DNA of 32,000 nt from Horticoccus luteus. Lineage in GTDB: Bacteria; Verrucomicrobiota; Verrucomicrobiia; Opitutales; Opitutaceae. The stretch covers positions 1,110,001 through 1,142,000 of the forward strand of contig NZ_CP080507.1 in NCBI RefSeq assembly GCF_019464535.1. Reading direction: 5' to 3'. The translations under genes were made by a program, and so were the position numbers. Below are positions 1-9,885 of the stretch, one piece after another. Under the pieces are notes generated by a model. That model ran no database searches. It saw only the letters and a list, made by a program, of their open reading frames with translations, and was not told where the DNA came from. Each line of letters starts with the position of its first letter. Position 1 is the stretch's first letter.

Positions 1-1
1 G

Positions 2-430
2 ATGAAGGACATGCTGACGCCGGTGATCGTAGCGGGCATCAGTTTTCTGGTGAATCTGGGCCTGAGTCTGCTGCTGATGCGGAGTCTGGAAGCGGCGGGG
101 TTGGTGCTGGCGAGCACGGCGGCGATTGTTGTGCAGACGATCATTTTGCAGGCGTGGCTGGAAAAGCGGCTGCCGCAGTTGTCGTTCGCGCCATTGTGGA
201 AGAGCGCGTGGAAGATCGTGGCGGGGACGGCGGTGATGGGCGGCATCGTGGTGGGCGGCCGCCATGCACTGAAGCGAGTCCTGCCGCCCGGGCATGTGCT
301 GGATCTCTCCGTGGTGCTCGGCCTGATCGTGGTGGGCGCGATCAGCTACGGAATCGTGCTCTGGGTTTTGCGGATCGAAGGACGCGAGGACTTCGAAAAG
401 ATGCTGGGACGCTTGCGGGGAAAAAAATGA
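2..430 (+). CDS. murJ: C-terminal fragment of lipid II flippase MurJ/MviN; the 5' part lies upstream of the window
   Basis: ORF 2..430 shows successive hydrophobic helices and a basic tail (..GRLRGKK), like the last TM segments of MurJ/MviN (MOP superfamily). The frame runs to the window edge, so the listed Met is probably internal. Confidence 0.7.
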   Translation: MKDMLTPVIVAGISFLVNLGLSLLLMRSLEAAGLVLASTAAIVVQTIILQAWLEKRLPQLSFAPLWKSAWKIVAGTAVMGGIVVGGRHALKRVLPPGHVLDLSVVLGLIVVGAISYGIVLWVLRIEGREDFEKMLGRLRGKK

Positions 431-570
431 AGGGCGGATGTTCGCGGGCGGAGGAGAGCGCGTGGCGAGGCGGGAGGAGCGGAGCGTGAGACGCAGATTT
501 TCCGCTTCGTCCGCTGGCGCCCGGCCGCAAAACGTATTTGGTCAGTCCTCAATCACGTTTCCTCTTTTGT

Positions 571-1641
571 ATGTCCCATCTTTTTGACGCGTTACGAATC
601 AAAGACATCACGTTGCGCAATCGCATCGGCGTTTCGCCCATGTGCCAGTATTCGTCGGACGACGGCGTGGCGAACGACTGGCATCTCGTGCATCTGGGCT
701 CGCGGGCGGTGGGTGGCGCGAGTCTGGTGATCGCGGAGGCGACGGCGGTAGTGGCGGAAGGCCGCATCTCGCCAGGAGACGCCGGGATCTGGGCCGACAA
801 GCACGTGGAACCGCTCGCGCGGATTAATCGCTTCGTGAAGGCGCATGGGGCGGTGCCCGGCCTGCAAATCGCCCATGCCGGGCGGAAGGCGAGCGCATCA
901 CGCCCGTGGGAAGGCGATGCGCATCTGGCGGACGACGCGGGAGGCTGGCCGACGGTGGCGCCGAGCGCGGTCGCGTTTGGCGGCGCGTTGGACAAGGTGC
1001 CGGCGGCCTTGAGTCGCGAGCAGATTCGGGGCGTGCAGCAGGCGTTTGTCGCTGCGGCGCAGCGGGCGCTGGCCGCGGGCTATGAGTGGCTGGAGTTGCA
1101 CGGCGCGCACGGTTATCTGGCGCATGAATTTCTGTCACCGCTAGTCAACGCGCGGACCGACGAATACGGCGGGAGTTTTGAAAACCGCATCCGCTTCGTC
1201 GTGGAAATGACGCGCGCCGTGCGGGCGGTGTGGCCGGAGCGGCTGCCTTACGCGGTGCGACTCTCCTGCACCGATTGGGTGGAGGGCGGTTGGGACATCG
1301 AACAATCGATCGAACTCGCGCGGCGATTGAAGGCGGAGGGCGTCGACTTGATCGATTGCAGTTCAGGCGGGGCGGTGCCGCGCGTGAAGATCCCGGTCGG
1401 TCCGGGCTATCAGGTTTCCTTGGCGGAACGGATTCGGCGGGAGGCCGCCATCGCGACGGCGGCGGTGGGGATGATCACGGAGCCGGCGCAAGCGGACGAG
1501 ATCGTGCGCGCCGGAAAAGCCGACATGGTATTGCTCGCGCGGGAGATGCTGCGCGATCCCTATTGGCCGTGGCATGCGGCCAAGGCGTTGGGCCACCGCG
1601 ACGCGATCAAGCCGCCGGTGCAATACGAACGCGCGTTTTGA
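571..1641 (+). CDS. namA: NADH:flavin oxidoreductase, Old Yellow Enzyme family (NamA/YqjM-like)
   Basis: The N-terminus MSHLFDALRIKDITLRNRIGVSPMCQYSS and the ..LELHGAHGYLAHEFLSP.. region are typical of OYE/YqjM-type enzymes. I chose the ATG at 571 over the TTG at 538 that opens the listed ORF. Confidence 0.88.
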   Translation: MSHLFDALRIKDITLRNRIGVSPMCQYSSDDGVANDWHLVHLGSRAVGGASLVIAEATAVVAEGRISPGDAGIWADKHVEPLARINRFVKAHGAVPGLQIAHAGRKASASRPWEGDAHLADDAGGWPTVAPSAVAFGGALDKVPAALSREQIRGVQQAFVAAAQRALAAGYEWLELHGAHGYLAHEFLSPLVNARTDEYGGSFENRIRFVVEMTRAVRAVWPERLPYAVRLSCTDWVEGGWDIEQSIELARRLKAEGVDLIDCSSGGAVPRVKIPVGPGYQVSLAERIRREAAIATAAVGMITEPAQADEIVRAGKADMVLLAREMLRDPYWPWHAAKALGHRDAIKPPVQYERAF

Positions 1642-1661
1642 CGGACGCGGCTCCGGAATTC

Positions 1662-2312
1662 ATGAACGCGCTCTCAAGCGAACAACTGGTCGCGCAAATG
1701 CGCTGGCGCTACGCTACGCGAAAATTCGATCGCGCGAAGAAGGTGCCGGACAAGGACTGGGCGGCGCTGGAGGAGGTGCTCGTGTTGACACCGTCCTCCA
1801 TCGGTTTGCAGCCGTGGAAGTTCATCGTCGTGACGGACCAGGCGGTCAAAGACCGGCTGGCGGTGGCGGCATGGAACCAGGCGCAGCCGGCAGACTGTTC
1901 GCATTTCGTGGTGTTCGCCGTGCATCGCGATCTCGGGACGGAGCACGTGGATCGCCACGTGGCACGAATGGGCGAAGTGAGAGGCCAGCCAACGGAAGCG
2001 CTCGGCAAATTTCGCGAGATGGTGATCCGCAATGTGGACAAGGAGCGGGCGTCGGGCCGGCTCGATACGTGGCAGACGCATCAACTTTACATTGCGCTAG
2101 GCAACTTCATGACGGCGGCGGCAATGCTGGGCGTGGATACGTGTCCGATGGAAGGATTCGAGCCGGCGGAGTTCGACAAGATCCTCGGTCTGGAAGGGAC
2201 GGCGTTTGCGACGGTGGTGAGTTGTGCGGCGGGCTATCGGGCCGCGGACGATCGTTTCGCGACGATGACGAAGGTGCGGTTCAAGCCGGAGGACGTGATT
2301 GTGCGGGTGTGA
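1662..2312 (+). CDS. Nitroreductase-family NAD(P)H-dependent oxidoreductase
   Basis: From the ATG at 1662 (MNALSSEQLVAQMRWRYATRKFD..PSSIGLQPWKFIVV..) the sequence matches the nitroreductase fold. The listed ORF start at 1230 overlaps the preceding gene and translates to low-complexity R/G sequence. Confidence 0.85.
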   Translation: MNALSSEQLVAQMRWRYATRKFDRAKKVPDKDWAALEEVLVLTPSSIGLQPWKFIVVTDQAVKDRLAVAAWNQAQPADCSHFVVFAVHRDLGTEHVDRHVARMGEVRGQPTEALGKFREMVIRNVDKERASGRLDTWQTHQLYIALGNFMTAAAMLGVDTCPMEGFEPAEFDKILGLEGTAFATVVSCAAGYRAADDRFATMTKVRFKPEDVIVRV

Positions 2313-3210
2313 GCCCGGCGGAAGAGGTGCGCCGGCGGCGCAAGGCCGGCAGCGCACTGCCGAAAAGGATCAGCGTCGCGCCGAGGAGTTCGTGCGGGGT
2401 GAAGTGCTCGTGGAAAAAGATCCCGCCGCCGACAGCGATGCCGAGCGGGACGAGCATCTGCAGCACCGAGCCTTCGCCGACGGGCAGGTCGAGGAAAGCG
2501 CGGGTCATTAGGATCTGGCCGAAACCGGAGCAGAGCGCCGCGATGACCATGAGGGCCCACGCGGCGGCGGGATGCGGACTCCAGTGCAACAGCGCGGGAC
2601 CGGTGCAAAGCAGGAGGCCGTAGGAGCATTGCGCGCCGAAGATCGTGGCGGTGTGTTCGCCCGCCGCGTGCAGTTGGCGAATCATCACGACGATGTAGGC
2701 GGACGCGAACGCGGTGAAGATGGCGATCCAGTCGTAGAAGCCGAGGCCGGCGCCGCGACCGAAGGGATCAGTCAGCAACGCGAGGCCGACGAGAGCGGCG
2801 GCACTGCCCGCGGCGAGGAGGGGACGGAAACGTTCCCCGAGCAGGAAGACGGCGAGCAATGCGCCGAGCACCACGTAGGTGTTGTTGATGAACGTGGCGC
2901 GGCCGGCGCCGAGATGGACGACGGTGAGATAGTAACCGTAGACGCCGAGCGCGCCGAGGGAGCCGCGCAGGATGAGCAGGCGGCGTTGGTAAAGATGACG
3001 CGGTTGAAAGGCGGCGGGGCCCACGCCGTAAACCGTGAGGATCAAGCCCAGCCCGATGGCGAAACGCACGGAGGCGAGGAGCCAGACGTCGACAGATTGC
3101 ACGGTGCCGAGCGCGCGGATGAGGAGCGCGTTGGCGGTGAAGCAAACGGCCGAGCCGAGCATGGCGAGGAGGCCATGGCGGTGGCGGGAAGTGGAAGCAG
3201 ACGCGGTCAT
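2281..3210 (-). CDS. EamA/DMT-family transporter
   Basis: About ten hydrophobic helices with the two-repeat EamA layout (..LLAMLGSAVCFTANALLIRALG..). The ATG at 3210 is preferred because the longer ORF start (3258) would run through an upstream terminator hairpin. Confidence 0.8.
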   Translation of the reverse strand: MTASASTSRHRHGLLAMLGSAVCFTANALLIRALGTVQSVDVWLLASVRFAIGLGLILTVYGVGPAAFQPRHLYQRRLLILRGSLGALGVYGYYLTVVHLGAGRATFINNTYVVLGALLAVFLLGERFRPLLAAGSAAALVGLALLTDPFGRGAGLGFYDWIAIFTAFASAYIVVMIRQLHAAGEHTATIFGAQCSYGLLLCTGPALLHWSPHPAAAWALMVIAALCSGFGQILMTRAFLDLPVGEGSVLQMLVPLGIAVGGGIFFHEHFTPHELLGATLILFGSALPALRRRRTSSAGLTPAQSRPPA

Positions 3211-3238
3211 GGAAGTGGAGGCCGAGCGGCGCGGGCAC

Positions 3239-3267
3239 AAAAAAACCGCGCCGGGCAAGGCGCGGTT
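3239..3267 (-). terminator. Rho-independent terminator downstream of lpd
   Basis: Read on the minus strand: AACCGCGCC-TTGCCC-GGCGCGGTT (9-bp GC-rich stem) running into a 7-T tract, about 150 nt after the lpd stop. Confidence 0.65.
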
Positions 3268-3413
3268 GCGAGAGCGGAGATTGAAAATGGATTCAACTCG
3301 CGACGCACCGACGCCCCGGCACGCGGAGAGCGCGCCAGACGCGAACCGAGCGACGAAGCGATTTGATCATGGGCGGAACGTTGGGAAAGCTGCGCGGCAC
3401 AGGCAAGAGCCGT

Positions 3414-4820
3414 TTACAGCGCATGGATCGCGCTCTTGCTGACGGCGAGGCCAGCTTCCTTGACGGCTTCGCTCATCGTGGGATGCGCGTGAATCGTGCG
3501 GCCGAGATCTTCGGCGCTGCCGCCGTATTCCATGTGCGTGACGACTTCGCTGATGAGTTCGCCCGCGCCGTGGCCGAGAATCTGCGCGCCGAGAATCCGG
3601 TCAGTCTTGGCGTCGGCGATGATCTTCACGTAGCCATCGGTGGTATCGTTGGCGATGGCGCGGCCGTTGGCGGCGAAGTTGAATTTGCCGACGTTGACAG
3701 CGCGGCCGGCGGATTTCGCGGCGTCTTCGCCGAGGCCGACGCTCGCGACCTCAGGCGCGGTGTAAACGATGGCGGGAACGAGATCCCAATTGATGTGGCC
3801 CGCTTTGCCGGCGATCCATTCGGCGACGGCCACGCCGTCTTCCTCGGCCTTGTGCGCGAGCATCGGGCCGGCGACAACATCACCGATCGCCCACACGCCG
3901 GGAGCGGTGGTTTTCAAGTGCGCGTCAACTTTCACCCGTTTCTTTTCGTCGAGCTGCACGCCGGCTTTTTCGAGGGCGAGACCATCGGTGAAGGGGCGGC
4001 GGCCGACGGCGACGAGAACTTTATCGGCGGGGAATTCGAGTTTTTTGCCATCGCGCTCCGCGGTGAGCGTGCCGTTGGCGAAGCCGGTGACTTTGGCGCC
4101 GGTTTCGATTTTCACGCCCTGCTTCGTGAGGAGGCGGGTGAAATTGCGCACGATGTCGTCGTCGTAGGTCGCGATGATTTTCGGCAGAAACTCCACGACG
4201 GTGACCTCACTGCCGAGGCGCGACCAGACGGAGCCGAGTTCGAGGCCGATGGCGCCGCCGCCGACGACCACGAGTTTTTTCGGGACGGTGGGGAACGCGA
4301 TCGCGTGATCGGAGGAGACGACCGTGGCGCCGTCGAACTTCATGAATGGGAGCTCGACGGGAGCGGAGCCTGTCGCGATGACGACGTTTTTGGCGGTGAG
4401 GCGGGTGCGAGGTGCGGGCACTCCGCCGGCATCAGCAGGGGCGACTTCCACGGTATTCGCCGAGATAAAGGCAGCGGTGCCGGTGACGACGGTGATCTTG
4501 CGGGCTTTGGCGAGTTGCGCGACGCCGCCGACGAGCTTGGTGACGACGTCGTCCTTGCGTTTGAGAAGGGCGGCGAGGTCGAGTTCGACAGTGGGCAGTT
4601 TGATGCCGTGCGCGGCGGCGTGGCTCTTCGCGAACGTGAATTGCTCGGAGGAGTGGAGGAGCGCCTTGCTGGGAATGCAGCCGACGTTGAGACACGTTCC
4701 TCCGAGAGAGGGGCGTTTGTCGATGAGCGCGACTTTGAGGCCGAGTTGAGCGGCGCGAAAGGCGCAGACGTAGCCGCCCGGGCCGGCACCGATGACAATG
4801 AGATCGAATTCAGAAGCCAT
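3414..4820 (-). CDS. lpdA: Dihydrolipoyl dehydrogenase (E3)
   Basis: FAD motif IGAGPGGY, redox-active disulfide GGTCLNVGCIPSK, C-terminal HAHPTMSE interface motif; 468 aa; downstream of sucB. Confidence 0.95.
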   Translation of the reverse strand: MASEFDLIVIGAGPGGYVCAFRAAQLGLKVALIDKRPSLGGTCLNVGCIPSKALLHSSEQFTFAKSHAAAHGIKLPTVELDLAALLKRKDDVVTKLVGGVAQLAKARKITVVTGTAAFISANTVEVAPADAGGVPAPRTRLTAKNVVIATGSAPVELPFMKFDGATVVSSDHAIAFPTVPKKLVVVGGGAIGLELGSVWSRLGSEVTVVEFLPKIIATYDDDIVRNFTRLLTKQGVKIETGAKVTGFANGTLTAERDGKKLEFPADKVLVAVGRRPFTDGLALEKAGVQLDEKKRVKVDAHLKTTAPGVWAIGDVVAGPMLAHKAEEDGVAVAEWIAGKAGHINWDLVPAIVYTAPEVASVGLGEDAAKSAGRAVNVGKFNFAANGRAIANDTTDGYVKIIADAKTDRILGAQILGHGAGELISEVVTHMEYGGSAEDLGRTIHAHPTMSEAVKEAGLAVSKSAIHAL

Positions 4821-4920
4821 GAAAGGAGCGAGGGTTGGATGGCCAGCAGCAGAGCGGCGGAGAGGTCGGCGGCGAAATGCGCGCCACTTTGGAGGCAGAG
4901 GCGCGCGCGCCGAGGAACGG

Positions 4921-6153
4921 TTAGATTCCGATCACGAGCCGCGCAGGGTCCTCGATGGCCTGCTTGATCTTCACAAGGAAGGTGACGGCTTCGCGGCCGT
5001 CGACAAGGCGGTGGTCGTAGCTGAGCGCGAGATACATCATCGGGCGGATGACGACCTGACCGTTCAGCGCGACGGGGCGTTCGTTGATGGCGTGGAGGCC
5101 GAGGATGGCGCTCTGTGGCGGGTTGATGATCGGCGTCGAGAGCATGGAGCCAAAGATGCCGCCATTGGTGATGGTGAAGACGCCGCCTTCGAGGTCGGCG
5201 AGGGTGATCTTGCCGTCGCGGGCGCGTTTCGCGACATCGCCGATGGCCTTTTCGATGCCGGCGAGATCGAGGGTTTCACAATTACGCACGACAGGGACCA
5301 TGAGTCCGCGCTCCGTGGAAACAGCGACGCCGATGTCGTAGTAGTGATTTTCGATGATGCTGTCGCCGTCGAGTTGGGCGTTGACGGCGGGCACTTCCTT
5401 GAGGGCGTGCACGACGGCCTTGGTGAAGAACGACATGAAGCCGAGCTTCACGCCGTTTTTCTTTACGAAGTCGTCCTGATACTTGCTGCGCAGCGCCATG
5501 ACGGCGGAGAGGTCGACCTCGTTAAACGTGGTGAGCATCGCCGCGTCGTGTTGGGCCGCCACGAGGCGTTGGGCGATTTTCGCGCGCAGAGGGGTGAGTT
5601 TGCGACGTGTCTGGCGTTCGCCTTTGGCGGCCGCGGGTGCCGGGGCAGGAGCCGCAGACGGGGTGGCGGCGGGCTTCGCGACCGACGTGGGCGCGGGGGC
5701 AGCGGCGGGCTCGTCGGGTTTCTTTTCCGCGGCGGCCAGAATGTCGCCTTTGGTGACGCGGCCGGCTTTGCCGGTGCCGCTGACGGTGGCGGGATCGATG
5801 CCGCTCTCGGCGGCGATGCGGCGCACGGCGGGCGAGACGGGAGTGTCGGCGGCGGGAGCGGCCGGCTGGCCCGCCGGAGCAGGAGTTGACCCGGAGGCGG
5901 GAGCGGTGGCGGCGGCCGCCTCGGTGTCGATGCGGGCGACGACTTCGCCGATCTTCACTTCGGCGCCGGTCTCGGCGAGGAGCGTGATGCGGCCGGCGGC
6001 TTCCGCGGTGGCTTCCGAGGTGATCTTATCGGTTTCGAGTTCAAACAGCGGCTGGTCTTTTTTGACCACGTCGCCATTGGCGACATGCCATTTCGCGATT
6101 ACACCGGACACGATGGATTCACCCATCGGGGGGATTTTTACGTCGAGAGCCAT
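4921..6153 (-). CDS. sucB: Dihydrolipoyllysine-residue succinyltransferase (E2 of the 2-oxoglutarate dehydrogenase complex)
   Basis: N-terminal lipoyl domain (..LETDKITSE..), Ala/Pro-rich linker, E3-binding segment ([10 protein letters not shown]) and catalytic [10 protein letters not shown] motif. Confidence 0.95.
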   Translation of the reverse strand: MALDVKIPPMGESIVSGVIAKWHVANGDVVKKDQPLFELETDKITSEATAEAAGRITLLAETGAEVKIGEVVARIDTEAAAATAPASGSTPAPAGQPAAPAADTPVSPAVRRIAAESGIDPATVSGTGKAGRVTKGDILAAAEKKPDEPAAAPAPTSVAKPAATPSAAPAPAPAAAKGERQTRRKLTPLRAKIAQRLVAAQHDAAMLTTFNEVDLSAVMALRSKYQDDFVKKNGVKLGFMSFFTKAVVHALKEVPAVNAQLDGDSIIENHYYDIGVAVSTERGLMVPVVRNCETLDLAGIEKAIGDVAKRARDGKITLADLEGGVFTITNGGIFGSMLSTPIINPPQSAILGLHAINERPVALNGQVVIRPMMYLALSYDHRLVDGREAVTFLVKIKQAIEDPARLVIGI

Positions 6154-6191
6154 GAGAAAAGGTGGGTGGGGGAAATGAAAACGCGGATGCG

Positions 6192-8942
6192 TTACGCAGT
6201 TAGCGCGTCCTTGAGGAAGGCTTGCAATTCAAGTTTGTGCAACGCCAGGGAGCCGACGGCGGGCGACGCGGAAGCATCGCGGCCGGCGTAATGCGGTTTC
6301 CGCCCGAAGATGGTTTCCAACTGCGGTGCGATGTAGCTCCAAGCGCCCATGTTTTGGGATTCTTCCTGGCACCAAACGAGGCGGGCGTCGGCGTATTTTT
6401 GCGCGATTTCGGCCAGACGTTCGGTGTGCAGCGGGTAGAGTTGCTCGACGCGCACGAGGGCGATGTCGGTGAGTTTGTTTTTTTCGCGGTAGTCGCAGAG
6501 GTCGTAATAGACCTTGCCGGAGCACAGGACCACGCGGCTGGCGGTGGCGACCGTGTCATCGAGGATTTCTTGAAAGGCGCCGCTGGTGAAATCGTCGATG
6601 CGCGATGTGGCCGCGGGGTGACGGAGCAACGATTTGGGCGACATCACCACGAGCGGCTTGCGGAAATCGCGTTTCATCTGGCGGCGCAGAATGTGGAAAA
6701 ACTGCGCGGGGGTGGTGAGGTTGGCGACCTGGATGTTGTTCTCGGCACAAGCCTGGAGAAAGCGTTCGAGGCGCGCGGAGGAGTGCTCGGGCCCCTGACC
6801 TTCGTAGCCGTGCGGAAGAAGGAGCACGATGCCGCTGGCGCGTTGCCACTTGGATTCGCCGCTGACGATAAACTGGTCGATGACGACCTGAGCGCCGTTG
6901 GCGAAATCGCCGAATTGCGCCTCCCACAGGCAGAGCATCTGCGGGTAGTCCAGAGAGTAGCCGTAGTCGAAACCGAGCACGGCGGCTTCGGAGAGCAGCG
7001 AATTATAAACGCAAAACTTCGCCTGGCCTTCTGCGAGGTTGACCAGCGGGGTGTAGGTCTCGTGCGTCTCGGCATCGTGCAGCACGGCGTGGCGATGACT
7101 GAAGGTGCCGCGCTGGCAATCCTGTCCGCTGAGTCGAACGGGCGTGCCGTCGAGCAGGAGCGTGCCAAATGCGAGGGCTTCGCCGAAGCCCCAATCCACG
7201 GGACCGCCGGCGGTGTGCGCTTGCGCGCGGTGGTCGAGGAAGCGTTTGATTTTGCTGTTGAGCTTGAAGTTCTCGGGGACGGTCGTGAGGCCGCGCACGA
7301 CTTGGGCCAGGACCTCGGGAGTGACGCCTGTCGGGACAGGTTGGTGGTGATATTCCGGTTGGACGACGGCGGTGGAGCCGTGGAATTTGCGCGCCTCCAT
7401 CTCGGCGAGCCGCTTGGCGGAGCGGGTGGTTTCGCGTGCCTTGGCTTTTTCGAGGTTGGCTTCGAGGGCGGCGGTATACTCGGCTTTCACCGCCTCGGAT
7501 TCCTCGGCGGTGATGGTGCCTTCGGCGATGAGCTTTTGGCTGAGCACTGCGGAAACCTGCTCGTGGCTGGCGATCTTGCGGTAGAGCGTCGGCTGGGTGA
7601 ACGCGGGCTCGTCGCTCTCGTTGTGGCCGTGGCGGCGGTAGCAATACATGTCGATCACGACGTCGCGTTGGAAGCGTTCGCGGAAGTCGAGCGCGAGCTG
7701 CATCGTCATGCAGACGACTTCGGGATCGTCGCCATTCACGTGGAACACGGGCGCTTCGATCATTTTGGCAACGTCCGTGCAGTAGCGCGTGGAACGGGCG
7801 TCGATAGGATCGGTGGTGAAGCCGATCTGGTTGTTAACAATGAAGTGGACCGTGCCGCCGGTGCGATAGCCGGCGAGCTGCGAGAAGTTCATGGTTTCGG
7901 CGACCACGCCTTGGCCGGCAAACGCGGCGTCGCCATGAATCAGCAGAGGCAGCACGCGGCGGCGCTCAGTATCGCCACGGATGCGCTGCCGGGCGCGGGC
8001 TTTGCCCTCGACGACGGGGTCAACGATTTCCAAGTGCGAGGGATTGGCGGCGAGCCGGACTTCGACTTGATGGCCGGAGGAGGTTTGGAGAACAGCCTCG
8101 TAACCCAGGTGATATTTGACGTCGCCATCGCCACCGACGGCATCGGGGATGTAGTTTTCCGAAAATTGTTCGAACAGGAGATCGAACGACTTGCGCATCA
8201 CGCTGGTGAGGACGTTGAGGCGGCCGCGATGGGCCATGCCCATCACGACCTCGTCGACACCGGCCGACGGGCAATGCTCGATCAAGGCGTCGAGGGCGGC
8301 GATCATCGTTTCGCCGCCTTCGAGCGAGAAGCGTTTCTGGCCAACGTATTTGGTGTGGAGAAACCGCTCGAAGAGTTCGGCCTTGTGAACGCGGCGCAGG
8401 ATGCGGATTTTTTCCGCGCGGGAGAAGTGCGGCTGATTGCGGATCGGCTCCATGCGATCCTGCAACCACTGGCGGACCTCGCCGTCCTGAATGTGCATGT
8501 ATTCGACGCCGATGTGTTCGCAATAGGTGGCGCGGAGCGCATCGACGACGGCGTGCAGTTTCATCTGCCCGCCACCGAGATAGGTGCCGACGTCAAAACT
8601 CGTATCGAGATCGGCTTCGGTAAGCCCGAATTGCCCGATGGAAAGTTTGGGATGAGCCGGGGGCGCGTCGCTGAGCGGATCGAGATGCGCTTGGAGATGC
8701 CCGAGGGCGCGATAGGTGTTAACGAGGTAGTGGACGTTCGACTGCTTGAGGCTGTCGATGATCGGCGGATGAGATTCGTCGAGTGCGGCGGCGGGGGCGG
8801 TCGTGCCGTTACTGCCCAAGGTGAAGCCTTGGAAAAACGCCCGCCAGGTCGGATCGACGGAGTCGGGGTTTTGACGCCATGTTTCGTAGGCGGCCTCGAT
8901 GAAAGCGGCGTTGGCGCCGGTAGGAATGTTCAGCGAATTCAT
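6192..8942 (-). CDS. sucA: 2-oxoglutarate dehydrogenase E1 component
   Basis: About 916 aa from the ATG at 8942 ([26 protein letters not shown]..), with typical SucA segments (..[10 protein letters not shown].., ..[23 protein letters not shown]..). The 47-codon upstream extension in the ORF track looks non-coding. Confidence 0.95.
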   Translation of the reverse strand: MNSLNIPTGANAAFIEAAYETWRQNPDSVDPTWRAFFQGFTLGSNGTTAPAAALDESHPPIIDSLKQSNVHYLVNTYRALGHLQAHLDPLSDAPPAHPKLSIGQFGLTEADLDTSFDVGTYLGGGQMKLHAVVDALRATYCEHIGVEYMHIQDGEVRQWLQDRMEPIRNQPHFSRAEKIRILRRVHKAELFERFLHTKYVGQKRFSLEGGETMIAALDALIEHCPSAGVDEVVMGMAHRGRLNVLTSVMRKSFDLLFEQFSENYIPDAVGGDGDVKYHLGYEAVLQTSSGHQVEVRLAANPSHLEIVDPVVEGKARARQRIRGDTERRRVLPLLIHGDAAFAGQGVVAETMNFSQLAGYRTGGTVHFIVNNQIGFTTDPIDARSTRYCTDVAKMIEAPVFHVNGDDPEVVCMTMQLALDFRERFQRDVVIDMYCYRRHGHNESDEPAFTQPTLYRKIASHEQVSAVLSQKLIAEGTITAEESEAVKAEYTAALEANLEKAKARETTRSAKRLAEMEARKFHGSTAVVQPEYHHQPVPTGVTPEVLAQVVRGLTTVPENFKLNSKIKRFLDHRAQAHTAGGPVDWGFGEALAFGTLLLDGTPVRLSGQDCQRGTFSHRHAVLHDAETHETYTPLVNLAEGQAKFCVYNSLLSEAAVLGFDYGYSLDYPQMLCLWEAQFGDFANGAQVVIDQFIVSGESKWQRASGIVLLLPHGYEGQGPEHSSARLERFLQACAENNIQVANLTTPAQFFHILRRQMKRDFRKPLVVMSPKSLLRHPAATSRIDDFTSGAFQEILDDTVATASRVVLCSGKVYYDLCDYREKNKLTDIALVRVEQLYPLHTERLAEIAQKYADARLVWCQEESQNMGAWSYIAPQLETIFGRKPHYAGRDASASPAVGSLALHKLELQAFLKDALTA

Positions 8943-9126
8943 GTTCCGATTAGAAAGCCGCACGACTGCACGACAGCTGGACACCTGTACCGCAGTGCGG
9001 CTTATAAGTAAAATTTGTCTTCGGACCAAACCATAGGACGGCGTGCGGCACAAGCCCCCTGCGGCCGGCTCCGAGGATTGCATTGCGCCTTAACGTCAGT
9101 AATAGCCGGATTAGTTCCTCATCCCT

Positions 9127-9402
9127 ATGAGCGCCGAAATTAAAATCAAAGATGCGTTGGCTGCCTTGTTCGCTGGAATTGCGCGAGGGGATGGTGCGGT
9201 CGTCATGATGGAGACGACGAAACTCGACGATTTGCTCGCCAATCACCGGGCGGCGCTGCATCCGCAATTACGACATTTTCTCGAAGGGCGCAGCTACGCC
9301 AAGGCGTTGATGTTTCTCGGTGGCGAGACGGATATTCCGGTCGGCGCCTGCGGGGGCGGACAAGCGCGTAAGGCAGGCGGGGCTGGAGGCGCAAGCGCAT
9401 GA
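9127..9402 (+). CDS. Small hypothetical protein (91 aa), translationally coupled to yciH
   Basis: ATG start; codon third positions are G/C-rich like neighbouring genes. The stop overlaps the yciH start (ATGA at 9399-9402). I do not recognise a family. The C-terminus is Gly/Ala-rich. Confidence 0.5.
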   Translation: MSAEIKIKDALAALFAGIARGDGAVVMMETTKLDDLLANHRAALHPQLRHFLEGRSYAKALMFLGGETDIPVGACGGGQARKAGGAGGASA

Positions 9403-9797
9403 GTGGCAACGGCAAAGTGCCCACGTCCGGTGGCCACGGGCTGGGTCAAAATCCATTTGGCGCGCTGAACGCGAGCGGATTGCCGGTGGGGCCATCGCCG
9501 GTGCCGCCCGGTGCGCAGCCAACAGATGCGCGGCCGGCGCCGATGGCGAAAAACCGCGGGCGCGTCGACATCGTGCGGGAGACCGGTGGCCGGGGCGGGA
9601 AAACCGTGACGGTGGTCAAAGGTTTTGTCGGGATCGGCGCACTCGAGAAGGAGCAACTGGCGAAGAAAATGCGCGCGGCATGCGGGTGCGGTGGCACGGT
9701 GAAGGAGGGCCAGATCGAGCTCCAAGGCGACAAACGCGAGCAAGTCGCCAAGATTCTCGCCGACGCTGGGTTTCGTCCCGTGTTTGCCGGCGGCTGA
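9399..9797 (+). CDS. yciH: SUI1/eIF1-family translation initiation factor homolog (YciH)
   Basis: The C-terminal domain ..RGRVDIVRETGGRGGKTVTVVKGF..ACGCGGTVKEGQIELQGDKREQV.. matches the SUI1 domain. The N-terminal 50 aa are Pro/Gly-rich. Confidence 0.85.
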   Translation: MSGNGKVPTSGGHGLGQNPFGALNASGLPVGPSPVPPGAQPTDARPAPMAKNRGRVDIVRETGGRGGKTVTVVKGFVGIGALEKEQLAKKMRAACGCGGTVKEGQIELQGDKREQVAKILADAGFRPVFAGG

Positions 9798-9885
9798 ACG
9801 CCGGTCTTCCGAGGCAACGCGCGCGGAGTAAGGGTGGCGGAACCGGCGCGGCGGTGGAGTGCCGGCGCTGGAGCGCGGCGAAGCG

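Noticed and set aside
1230-1661. N-terminal 144-codon extension of the nitroreductase ORF
   Set aside because: It overlaps the 3' third of the OYE gene in another frame and translates to Gly/Arg-rich sequence. Nitroreductase similarity begins at the ATG at 1662.
3363-4967. 534-aa plus-strand ORF opposite lpd
   Set aside because: For the same reason: a shadow ORF of a clearly identified gene, with repetitive G/A/D/E/F composition.
6222-9011. 929-aa stop-free ORF on the plus strand, opposite sucA
   Set aside because: The translation is low-complexity and Gly/Ala/Asp/Glu/Arg/Val-rich, with no recognisable motifs. The opposite strand encodes an unmistakable SucA. Long antisense ORFs are an expected by-product of high GC3 codon usage.
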